From the NCBI GenBank assembly GCA_963804975.1, contig CAWDSG010000002.1:208991-272990 (forward strand): DNA of 64,000 nucleotides. Direction: 5' to 3'. Shown in pieces: positions 19,648 to 28,491 of this stretch (positions are counted from its first letter, which is position 1; the number at the start of each line of letters is the position of its first letter). The stretch comes from an uncultured bacterium. Its GTDB lineage: Bacteria > Patescibacteriota > Minisyncoccia > Phycocordibacterales > GWA1-40-21. Under the pieces are notes generated by a model, which worked only from the letters and a program-made list of their open reading frames with translations, ran no database searches and was not told the origin of the DNA. Made by a program: the position numbers and the translations under genes.

Positions 19648-22600
19648 TTACTCCAGCACCTTCAACCTCTCAATAATCAAGCTTGTTTCTCCGTTTCGGT
19701 CGGAAATTTTGCAGACGGCGGCTATGCATTTATCCGTTTCAATCGCACTCCTGAATTGCTCATAGGTTCTCGGAAAAACCACTGCTTCAATCGAGCCGGT
19801 AAAATCGGCAATTTTTATGAAAGCCATCTGCTCGTTGTTTTTTGTCGTTATGACTCTCACATCTTCAATAATTCCGCCGATCGGCTTTCCGTTGTCGATC
19901 TCACTTCTTACATCTTTTGTTTCCTCTTTTATTTTTTTGATATTTATCGGCTGTTTTTCCAAAATCGTCCTGAATTTATCCAAAGGATGTCCGGAAATAT
20001 AAAGTCCGAGCAATTCTTTTTCCCAGGCGAGCCTGTCTTTCATGCTTGCAGCTTCTGCCGGTTCAAGGCGGAAATTTTCATAAACGCCGCCTGCCTGACT
20101 AGTAAGCAGGCCAGAAAAAACTCCGAAAAGCGAATCTTGATTTTGATTTTTATTGCCGACTTCTTTGTTGTATTTGAGCATATTTTCAATATTCGCCAGT
20201 AGCTGGCCTCTTTCTCCAAACCCTGCCTGGCCGGCAGGCAGGTCATCCATCGCGCCGGATTTTATGAGAGCTTCAAGCGAACGTTTATTCAGATTCTTGC
20301 TCACAATCCTTTCAAGGAAATCAGAAAGCGATTTGAATTTGCCCCTGTCCAATCTTTCTCTGATAATCGCTTTGGAAATATCTTCGCCGAAATTCTTGAT
20401 TGTCATAAGGCCGAAGCGGATTTTGTCCCTATTCGGTCCTGTGTCGTGCGGCGAGACCTCGGGAGTTTTTACCACGGTAAAATCGCTGTAGCTTTCGTTT
20501 ACTGACGGAGGCAGGACGGGAATGCCCATCTTTTTGCAGTCCGAAATAAATTCGCCGATTTTTTCCACATCGCCGGAATCGGCGGTGAGGACGGCAGACA
20601 TATAAATGGCAGGGAAATTCGCTTTCATATATGCTGTCTGATATGACACGCGCCCGTAGCTTGCCGCATGAGCTTTGTTGAAACCGTATCCCTGGAAAGG
20701 TTCAAACAAATTCCACAATTCCTCGGCTTTTTTTTGTGTCATCTTTCCGTGTTTTATGCATCCTTCCACGAATTTGATATGCTGCCTGATCATTTCTTCC
20801 GGAATTTTCTTGCCGACGGCTTTTCTGAATTTATCCACTTCGCCCCAAGTGTAGCTGGCAACCTCAATGGCCGTCATAAGCAAATCATCCTGATAAACCA
20901 AGACGCCGAATGTGGTATCCAAATAATCTTTCATTTCTGGATGTAGATATATTGCGGGTTTTTCGCCGTGCTTCCTAGCAATATACTCATAAATGTTGTT
21001 CATCGGGCCCGGACGGTAAAGCGCGACCATTACATTGATATCGTGTATATTTGTCGGCCTCAATTCTTTAAGCGCTTTGGTCATGCCTTGGCCGTTGAGC
21101 TGAAAGACCCCTACGGTTTCTCCGCGTGCAAGCATGGCAAAAGTTTTTTTGTCATCAAGCGGAATTTTTTCTATGTCTATATTTATGTTTTCAATTACTT
21201 TCACGCGATGTACGGCATCGGCAAGGACCGAAAGATTCCTGATCCCCAGAAAATCAAATTTCAAAAGTCCGACGCCGTCTTCTCCGACCGAATCCATATC
21301 GTATTGAGTGATGATTTTATTTCCTTCTTTCTGGTCGTATTGGAGAGGGACATAATTTATAAGCGGTTCCGGAGCTATCACAACTCCGGCGGCATGGACG
21401 CTGATGTGCCTTGCGCACCCTTCGATTTTTTTCGCCATATCCATAATTATTTTTGCATCTTTTTCCTTGTCATATATTTCTTTGAGCTCTGGAACAATTT
21501 CAAGCGCTTTATCTATTGTCATTGGTGAACCTTGAGCCCCAAAAGGTATGAATTTGGCGATTTTGTCGGCAAGCGGCAAAGGATAACCCATAGCGCGAGC
21601 CACATCCCGCACGGCTCCGCGTGCCATCATAGTGCCGAAAGTGCCGATCTGCGCCACATTGTCTTTGCCATATTTTTCCCGCACATAATCAATGACTTCA
21701 TCGCGCCTGTTGTCCGCAAGATCCATGTCGATATCCGGCGCCGAAGGCCTTTCGGGATTCAGAAATCTTTCAAAAGGAAGCTTGTATTCGATCGGGTTGA
21801 CTTTTGTGATGCCGGTAAGATAGGAAACCATGGAGCCGGCTACGGAACCTCTGGTATTTGAAAAAATATTATGCTCAGCCGCATATTTTAAAAGATCGGC
21901 CACAACCAAAAAATATTGAGAATATTTTTTATTCTTGATGACCTCAAGCTCATATTCAAGCCGCTCTATGACTTCTCTCGAATGATGCAGATCTCTTTTG
22001 TCTATTCCTTCGTAAGCGATCCTTTCAAGCTCTTCATCGTAGGAAAGCTCGCTTTCCACGACAAATTTCGGAAAAACCCACGCGGCTTTGCCGAGAACAA
22101 TTTCCAAATTGCACATATCGGCGATTTTTACCGAATTCCCGAGAGCATTCGGTTCATTTTTAAAATATTTTTCCGCCGTCTCTGCCGATATGAATGAAAA
22201 ATTGTCGGTATCCCCGTTTAAATCTCTGTCGGAAAAATCTGAATGCGAATTCACTTGCACAAGCGTATCTCGCGCCGCTTTATCCTCCGGTTTCAGATAA
22301 TAGACATCATGTGCAGCCACAAGCTCAGTATCGGTTTTTTCCGCCAATTTCTTGATTTTTTCTTTGAGCTCAAGCTGGCCTTCTATTTCGGGATGATGCG
22401 TTATTTCCAGAAAAAAATTGTCCTTGCCAAAAACTTTTTTGTACCAATCGACTATTTTTTCCGCTTTTTCACTATCGCCATTTTTTAAAGCAACGGAACT
22501 TTCTCCGGAAAAATGAGGCATAATGCAGACGAGTCCGTCTTTATATTTTTCCATGAGCTCCTTATCGATTCTTGGCTTGTAATAAAAACCTTCAAAAAAT

Positions 22601-22929
22601 GAGAGCGTCACAAGTTTGATGAGATTTTTATAGCCCGCATTATTTTTTGCGAGAAGGATGAGGCGAGTTCTGCGATTATCAATCCCGGTTTGTTTGTCGT
22701 TTCGCGTCCGTGCAGCGATATAAAAGTCCACGCCTATTATCGGCTTGATATCGTTTTTCTTGCAGGCCTGATAAAACTCAATCGTGCCGTACATATTGCC
22801 GGCATCGGTAAGGGCCAAAGCCGGCATTTTAAAATCTTTTGCCGCTTTTACAAGATCGGGAATTTTCGGCAAGGCATTCAAAAGAGAAAAATGGGAATGG
22901 GTGTGCAAATGTACAAATTTGACCGGCAT
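19648..22929 (-). CDS. dnaE: DNA polymerase III alpha subunit
   Basis: PHP HLHTHS, PDIDMD, KFDFLG, YGFNKAHA, EKELLGLYISGHP. Confidence 0.97.
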   Translation of the reverse strand: MPVKFVHLHTHSHFSLLNALPKIPDLVKAAKDFKMPALALTDAGNMYGTIEFYQACKKNDIKPIIGVDFYIAARTRNDKQTGIDNRRTRLILLAKNNAGYKNLIKLVTLSFFEGFYYKPRIDKELMEKYKDGLVCIMPHFSGESSVALKNGDSEKAEKIVDWYKKVFGKDNFFLEITHHPEIEGQLELKEKIKKLAEKTDTELVAAHDVYYLKPEDKAARDTLVQVNSHSDFSDRDLNGDTDNFSFISAETAEKYFKNEPNALGNSVKIADMCNLEIVLGKAAWVFPKFVVESELSYDEELERIAYEGIDKRDLHHSREVIERLEYELEVIKNKKYSQYFLVVADLLKYAAEHNIFSNTRGSVAGSMVSYLTGITKVNPIEYKLPFERFLNPERPSAPDIDMDLADNRRDEVIDYVREKYGKDNVAQIGTFGTMMARGAVRDVARAMGYPLPLADKIAKFIPFGAQGSPMTIDKALEIVPELKEIYDKEKDAKIIMDMAKKIEGCARHISVHAAGVVIAPEPLINYVPLQYDQKEGNKIITQYDMDSVGEDGVGLLKFDFLGIRNLSVLADAVHRVKVIENINIDIEKIPLDDKKTFAMLARGETVGVFQLNGQGMTKALKELRPTNIHDINVMVALYRPGPMNNIYEYIARKHGEKPAIYLHPEMKDYLDTTFGVLVYQDDLLMTAIEVASYTWGEVDKFRKAVGKKIPEEMIRQHIKFVEGCIKHGKMTQKKAEELWNLFEPFQGYGFNKAHAASYGRVSYQTAYMKANFPAIYMSAVLTADSGDVEKIGEFISDCKKMGIPVLPPSVNESYSDFTVVKTPEVSPHDTGPNRDKIRFGLMTIKNFGEDISKAIIRERLDRGKFKSLSDFLERIVSKNLNKRSLEALIKSGAMDDLPAGQAGFGERGQLLANIENMLKYNKEVGNKNQNQDSLFGVFSGLLTSQAGGVYENFRLEPAEAASMKDRLAWEKELLGLYISGHPLDKFRTILEKQPINIKKIKEETKDVRSEIDNGKPIGGIIEDVRVITTKNNEQMAFIKIADFTGSIEAVVFPRTYEQFRSAIETDKCIAAVCKISDRNGETSLIIERLKVLE
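20090..20110 (-). repeat. diverged 21-bp in-frame element (LLTSQAG) in dnaE
   Basis: Sense cctgcttactagtcaggcagg. Confidence 0.85.
20222..20242 (-). repeat. 21-bp in-frame element (LPAGQAG) in dnaE
   Basis: Sense cctgcctgccggccaggcagg. Confidence 0.95.
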
Positions 22930-23106
22930 ATTAGTTTAAGTATAACAAAATAAAAAAGAAAAAGTGAATTTTTACAGCTTAAAATAACAACGAAATTATG
23001 AACCTTTTTAATTGACATCAAAATACTAACTGTTTTATAATTATAATAAAAGTCGGCGTTCTTTGAAAAGATACGCTGTTCAATCTGCTGCTTAGAGGAG
23101 CTGAAG

Positions 23107-23568
23107 ATGTTTAATTTTGGATTTGTAATCCAACTCATAGAAAGATTTAATTTTGGCCACAAGGATTTGGAATGGGCACTGAATAGTGTTCTAAATCGCC
23201 ATGCCACCAGAAATGCTTATAGATGCGATGATATGCTTTTATTCGATCATCCCGAGCTTTTAATTATCAATTATGTTAAGAATGGAGGGTTGTTAAATCC
23301 TATTCAAGACAATAAGAAGATAATTTTGGGAGATAACAAGGCAAGTATTGATCTTTTAATTCAAGAAATTATAGCTCTTACTTGTCCTATGAATCGCCAT
23401 GTAACAAAAATTAAATATGATATGTTGAATGAACAAGGCGAAAAATTTTTAGAAGACAACCTGGATTTGTTGATTTGGAATTATTTGGAAACATCCGGGG
23501 CTTCATGGTACAGAGCCGGTGTGGAGGAAGAAGAAAAGAAAAAAGTTTTACGCTTAGAAACGGCGTAG
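23107..23568 (+). CDS. orphan protein
   Basis: TTGACA/TATAAT promoter, GAGGAG SD, long hairpin 23581-23620 downstream. Confidence 0.65.
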   Translation: MFNFGFVIQLIERFNFGHKDLEWALNSVLNRHATRNAYRCDDMLLFDHPELLIINYVKNGGLLNPIQDNKKIILGDNKASIDLLIQEIIALTCPMNRHVTKIKYDMLNEQGEKFLEDNLDLLIWNYLETSGASWYRAGVEEEEKKKVLRLETA

Positions 23569-23648
23569 GGGAGAAAATAAAGGCGTAAGTGATAACGCGA
23601 TAGTGTTATCGCTTACGCCTATTTTTTTATGATATCATAATCATTAAA

Positions 23649-24281
23649 GTGATTAAAAATAATCCAAAAATTAAATATATCATCGGAATAGATGAGGTTG
23701 GCAGGGGGCCGCTTGCCGGACCGATCGCTTTTTGCGCTTTTAAGATGCCGGTTGATTTCAGCTTCAGGGGATTCGGCAGAATAAAAGATTCTAAAAGATT
23801 AATGCCGGAGAAAAGAAAAGAAATTTTTTGCAAGCTGAAAAAACTGAAAATGAAAAAATTGGTTGATTATGCCGTATGTTTTGAAAGTGCAAAAACCATT
23901 GACCATATAAATATTGCCAAGGCAGGCAGCATTTGCATCAAAAGATCGCTTAAAAAAATAAAAGCGAAACCGTCCGAGTGCATGGTCTTGCTTGACGGCG
24001 GAATAAAAGCGCCGAAAAAATTCAAGAATCAGAAAACGATTATCAGAGGCGATGAGAAAGAGAGGGCGATAGCATTCGCTTCAATCATAGCTAAAGTTTC
24101 AAGGGATGCGCTGATGTGCAGATTGGCAAAAAAATATCCGCAATACCATTTTGAAATCCATAAAGGATACGGCACGAAAATGCACAGGGAATTGATAAAA
24201 AAACACGGCCTTTGCGCCATTCACAGAAGGTCTTTTTGCAAGAATTTTATAATCTTGACAAAAAAGATTAAATGTGTATAA
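23649..24281 (+). CDS. rnhB: ribonuclease HII
   Basis: GIDEVGRGPLAGP, DSK, ASIIAKV, KGYGT, HRRSF. Confidence 0.95.
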   Translation: MIKNNPKIKYIIGIDEVGRGPLAGPIAFCAFKMPVDFSFRGFGRIKDSKRLMPEKRKEIFCKLKKLKMKKLVDYAVCFESAKTIDHINIAKAGSICIKRSLKKIKAKPSECMVLLDGGIKAPKKFKNQKTIIRGDEKERAIAFASIIAKVSRDALMCRLAKKYPQYHFEIHKGYGTKMHRELIKKHGLCAIHRRSFCKNFIILTKKIKCV

Positions 24282-24360
24282 TTAAGAGTAGATGTGTGAA
24301 TCTTCAATAATGATTCATCTAGTTGTTTGATTTTGAAAATCTAATACTGCGAGGACTGGC

Positions 24361-24978
24361 ATGAACCCACTAAAAAATAGCGACGAAAAAAGTCACAATG
24401 TTTTTTTGTTTTTGCCTAAATGGTTTCCTGTTGTCGGCTGGTGTATATTAGCTGTTAAAGAAAAGAGCGAATTTGCACATAAAGCTCCGGGAGGAACAGG
24501 TTTTGATGAACCGCCGTTTGCTACGGCGAGAAGGAAAGGCATCGAAGAAGCAGGTATCTTAATAAAAAAAGCCACAGTATTTTTTAAAGAGGAAATAGAA
24601 GAACACATAAAATATTCTTATTTTATTGAGAGATATAAAATAAGGTCTTCCTTTGTGTATGGTACCGAAATATCGAATGGAAAAGGCATTACGGCTTTCT
24701 GGATGCCGATACGAGAATTTATCGGCAGTGGTTTTCTATGGACACAGAGAGATCCGGTCGATGAATTGATCATTGAGATTTTACCGACAGTAAAAGGTTT
24801 TACCGAAGATTGCGCGGATTTGATTGAAATGATCAAATTAAAACGTATCAGCAGAGAAATCCAACAAGAACCGGAATTGAAAGATAGTTTCAATGCTTTG
24901 TCTTTTCTAACATTTTCTTATCTGAAATGTTTTATCAAAAAGATTTTCAAAAAGTTATATATGGAAATAAGATATTGA
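24361..24978 (+). CDS. degenerate NUDIX-like orphan protein
   Basis: APGG...ATARRKGIEEAG resembles a Nudix box; own promoter, SD and hairpin. Confidence 0.55.
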   Translation: MNPLKNSDEKSHNVFLFLPKWFPVVGWCILAVKEKSEFAHKAPGGTGFDEPPFATARRKGIEEAGILIKKATVFFKEEIEEHIKYSYFIERYKIRSSFVYGTEISNGKGITAFWMPIREFIGSGFLWTQRDPVDELIIEILPTVKGFTEDCADLIEMIKLKRISREIQQEPELKDSFNALSFLTFSYLKCFIKKIFKKLYMEIRY

Positions 24979-25152
24979 ATTCCGGGGGCTGCACGCGCGG
25001 CTTCCGGATTTTTATTTGTTGAAGGTATACAAACTCTTGACAAATCAAAATAATCATGTAAAATATAAGACAGAAGCATAGTTTTGCATGTAAGAATTTC
25101 TTCCTTGGCACGTCTTTATCAATAGGCGTACTTTGGAAAAGGAGGGTTTGTC

Positions 25153-25653
25153 ATGGATGAAAAAACCAAAAAAACCATTGTATTTGGTATATTACCAAAG
25201 CAATACGCGGACAAGTTGCAAGTGCCAACATGGATTGTTGGAGACGATCTTATGTTTCCACAAGCTTTGCTGAGTTACTATTTGTCCGAGGAACACGATT
25301 CGACCATGCCGAGCGAACTGAGAATCGTCTTTGAAAAACTTGGCTTTGAGATCTCTAAGATTAAAAACGATGTAGTGGTGGTTTATCGCGAAGAAACGGA
25401 AACCTTTGTGTTCATTGGTTACCTTATCAAAGCGGCTCAAGATAAAGAGATTATCGTCAATGGAGAAATGAAAACTGAAGACGGTCTAATCATCAATTAT
25501 TCGTTGCAACCGGTAGACGACCAACTAATGGATAAGTTACCGGAAAATCGTCGGAAGGCGCTTATCAATGCTTTGGAAGAAAGGCGAAAAGAAAACAACG
25601 CTTTTCAGATGCCGGTTTTCAAAAAAATGCGAATTGTAATGGACAAAAAATAA
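25153..25653 (+). CDS. orphan protein
   Basis: TTGACA/TAAAAT promoter, AAGGAGG SD, hairpin 25668-25691. Confidence 0.65.
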   Translation: MDEKTKKTIVFGILPKQYADKLQVPTWIVGDDLMFPQALLSYYLSEEHDSTMPSELRIVFEKLGFEISKIKNDVVVVYREETETFVFIGYLIKAAQDKEIIVNGEMKTEDGLIINYSLQPVDDQLMDKLPENRRKALINALEERRKENNAFQMPVFKKMRIVMDKK

Positions 25654-25729
25654 AATTTGCATTTTGGGGCCTTGTGTGAAAACACAAGGCCTTTTCTTTT
25701 TTAAAAAAATAAGCTATACTCTCGGGACT

Positions 25730-25951
25730 ATGGTAAATCGAATGAGGCACAATAGGTCGCAGAGGGGAAGCACGAGATCGCATCATGCGCTTTCGGGAGT
25801 TTCCATTACAAAATGTCCGGATTGCGGGATGCCGGTATCAAGGCACAGAGCTTGCTCAAACTGCGGAAAATACAGAGGAAAAGTAGTTGTAGATTTAGAA
25901 GCAAAAGCAGCAAAGGCAAAAAAGAAAACGGAAAAAAGCAAGAAAAAATAA
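25730..25951 (+). CDS. rpmF: 50S ribosomal protein L32
   Basis: RSHHAL, CPDCG...HRACSNCGKYRG. Confidence 0.93.
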   Translation: MVNRMRHNRSQRGSTRSHHALSGVSITKCPDCGMPVSRHRACSNCGKYRGKVVVDLEAKAAKAKKKTEKSKKK

Positions 25952-25956
25952 GATTA

Positions 25957-26046
25957 AAAAGGGCGGCATAATAAAAATTTTCTTCTCGGAAAACTCGCTT
26001 CGCTCAGACAGTTCCTCGCAGAAAATTTTTATTATGCCGCCCTTTT
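25957..26046 (-). repeat. long intergenic hairpin element (copy F) containing GCGAAGC on the minus strand
   Basis: Perfect 27-bp IR 25957-25983 / 26020-26046. Confidence 0.85.
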
Positions 26047-26113
26047 CTTTTTACGCTTTCTGTTATAGGATACAATCAGCAGTTAAACAAGCCAAAAGTT
26101 ATAATTAAACATT

Positions 26114-27016
26114 ATGTCTAGCAGGCACCTTGCAAGGGGAATAGTTCTACAGACCGCTTTTGAGTGGGATTTTCGAAATCTTAATAGGGACGAAGCTTTG
26201 GAATCCTTAGCCAGAAATATCAAGGAATTCGGCGACGGCGATTCGGAAGAATCTTTTTCGGAAAATCTTCTGAAGGGCGTCATTGATAAGAAAACGGATC
26301 TTGACACTATCATCGTGAAAGCGGCTCCGGACTGGCCGATTGAAAAAATTTCTATTGCGGATAGGAATATTTTGCGCATCGGCCTGTATGAATTACTGTT
26401 TAGTGACAGGAAAGAAGTGCCGGCAAAAGTCGCGATAAACGAAGCCATAGAGCTTGCAAAAGTTTATGGCGGAGAAAAAAGCGGCGGTTTTATTAACGGA
26501 GTTCTCGGTACGATATATAAAGAGCTTGGCGAGCCGGGCAAAGAGGAAACATCGAAAAAGAACAATAGGAATGTTCCATTTGAAAAAATGCCCATCAAAC
26601 GCCTTGCCGGAGCGGTAGTGTACTGTATCAAAGACGATACGATATATTTCGCTTTTGTCCATGATGTTTTTGGACGTTGGACTCTTTCCAAAGATAAAAT
26701 AAAAGAAAATGAAGAATTAAAGGACGGAGCAATAAGAGGGGTAAAAGAAGAAATGGGGATAGACGTTGTAGTTGAAAATGAACTTTCACAAAACGAATAT
26801 GTCGCGAACCATCCGGAAGAGGGCAAGATCAGAAAACAAGTCACTTATTTTCTCGCAAGCGCCGAAATGAAAGATCTGAAACTTGGTGATTCCGGCGGGC
26901 TTGATGACGCGAAATGGTTCAAATTGCAGGATATTCAGAGTCTCAATTTTTATAACGATATTTTGCCTATTATCACAAAGGCAATCACCATAATTTCAGG
27001 CAGGAAGCCAAAATAA
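26114..27016 (+). CDS. nusB: NusB fused to C-terminal NUDIX-like domain
   Basis: DRNILRIG, VAINEAIELAK, FINGVLG; then AIRGVKEEMG. Confidence 0.9.
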   Translation: MSSRHLARGIVLQTAFEWDFRNLNRDEALESLARNIKEFGDGDSEESFSENLLKGVIDKKTDLDTIIVKAAPDWPIEKISIADRNILRIGLYELLFSDRKEVPAKVAINEAIELAKVYGGEKSGGFINGVLGTIYKELGEPGKEETSKKNNRNVPFEKMPIKRLAGAVVYCIKDDTIYFAFVHDVFGRWTLSKDKIKENEELKDGAIRGVKEEMGIDVVVENELSQNEYVANHPEEGKIRKQVTYFLASAEMKDLKLGDSGGLDDAKWFKLQDIQSLNFYNDILPIITKAITIISGRKPK

Positions 27017-27040
27017 AATTTAAAATTATAAAAACAAAGG

Positions 27041-27745
27041 ATGACACAGCCGGATTTCTCAAAATTTGAAAAGACCATAGGAATAAACTTCAAAAACAAA
27101 GATCTTTTGAAGCAGGCATTTACCCATAGATCTTATCTGAATGAGCACAGGGATATTGAGCTTGAACACAACGAAAGATTGGAATTTTTGGGCGATGCCG
27201 TGCTTGAGCTTATCATCACCGAATATCTTTATAATAAATATCCTGACAGCAATGAGGGTGATCTGACTTCATACAGGTCTGCTCTGGTTAATGCAATCAC
27301 CTTATCAGATGCGGCAAGCAAAATAGGCATGAATGATTATCTTTTGCTTTCAAAAGGCGAGGCAAAAGATATGGGCAAAGCCAGGCAGATTATTTTGGCC
27401 AACACCATTGAGGCTCTGATAGGCGCAATATTTCTTGATCAGGGATATGATACGGCGAAATATTTCATTTCAAACAATATTTTTAATCTCATAGAAAAAA
27501 TCATCGCGGAAAAAACATGGCTTGATGCAAAAAGCAAATTTCAAGAGCAGGCGCAGGAACACGAAAGCATCACTCCACTTTATAAAACGCTTAAAGAGGA
27601 AGGGCCGGACCATGACAAAAAGTTTACGGTTGGCGTATATTTGGAAAAGCATAAAGTGGCGGAAGGTGAAGGAAAATCAAAACAAGAGGCCGAGCAAGTT
27701 GCCGCAAGCAATGCGTTAAAAGTCAAAGGATGGCTTGAAGATTAA
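27041..27745 (+). CDS. rnc: ribonuclease III
   Basis: NERLEFLGDAVL, dsRBD GPDHDKKF. Confidence 0.97.
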   Translation: MTQPDFSKFEKTIGINFKNKDLLKQAFTHRSYLNEHRDIELEHNERLEFLGDAVLELIITEYLYNKYPDSNEGDLTSYRSALVNAITLSDAASKIGMNDYLLLSKGEAKDMGKARQIILANTIEALIGAIFLDQGYDTAKYFISNNIFNLIEKIIAEKTWLDAKSKFQEQAQEHESITPLYKTLKEEGPDHDKKFTVGVYLEKHKVAEGEGKSKQEAEQVAASNALKVKGWLED

Positions 27746-27756
27746 TTTAAATTATT

Positions 27757-28077
27757 ATGAACCCAGAAAATCCTGATTATGAAAAGATACCGTCATGGTT
27801 AAATACCGAACAAATTGAAATTTTAGAAAAAATAACTAAAATTTTGGATGATTATGCTCAAGATGTGCATGAAAATAAAATACCTCAAGATATTATGATT
27901 GAAAAGTCAAAAAAAGTTGTTGAATTTGGCAACAAATTAAAAAAAGAAGGTTTTTTCCCGAAAAGGTATCTTTTATGGCACAAAGTTAAGCATAGCACAC
28001 CGCACAAAAGTATTAGTGAATTTGACATATCTGATAATAGAATAGAATATTTTATAAGAGATACATTTTCAAAATAA
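27757..28077 (+). CDS. hypothetical protein
   Basis: AT-rich ORF directly after rnc. Confidence 0.55.
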   Translation: MNPENPDYEKIPSWLNTEQIEILEKITKILDDYAQDVHENKIPQDIMIEKSKKVVEFGNKLKKEGFFPKRYLLWHKVKHSTPHKSISEFDISDNRIEYFIRDTFSK

Positions 28078-28110
28078 AATGTGTATAATATATAAATAAA
28101 AACAAATTGT

Positions 28111-28380
28111 ATGGCAAAAATGATGGAAATGGAAAAAGAGAATAGTTTGTCTTTTGAACAGCAAGAAAAGCTCGATAGATTTTTGGAAGAAATAAGACCA
28201 ACTGTTGAAGCTTTCATTTTTGATAGATTAAATGAATCGGATTATTCATACGAAATGGGTCAAATGATAGGGAAATTTAGAGAACAAAATAAGGATATAC
28301 TCATTACACAAATAACCGAACGTAAAAAAGAAATTGAAAATGAAATTGAACAATTGAAGCTGGAGCAATTAAAACTTTAG
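28111..28380 (+). CDS. hypothetical protein
   Basis: ORF with -10 upstream and hairpin 28422-28459 downstream. Confidence 0.55.
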   Translation: MAKMMEMEKENSLSFEQQEKLDRFLEEIRPTVEAFIFDRLNESDYSYEMGQMIGKFREQNKDILITQITERKKEIENEIEQLKLEQLKL

Positions 28381-28491
28381 GATGAAGATGAAAAAATGGC
28401 GTAATCTTTAAAATCAACCGTAAAAATGCCGTTTTCCGCTGGCGGAAAACGGCATTTTTTGTTAGAATTGTACCTATAAGCGCATAACAGA

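Noticed and set aside
19648-22929. Intein in DnaE (or GyrB)
   Set aside because: Normal lengths and no splicing motifs.
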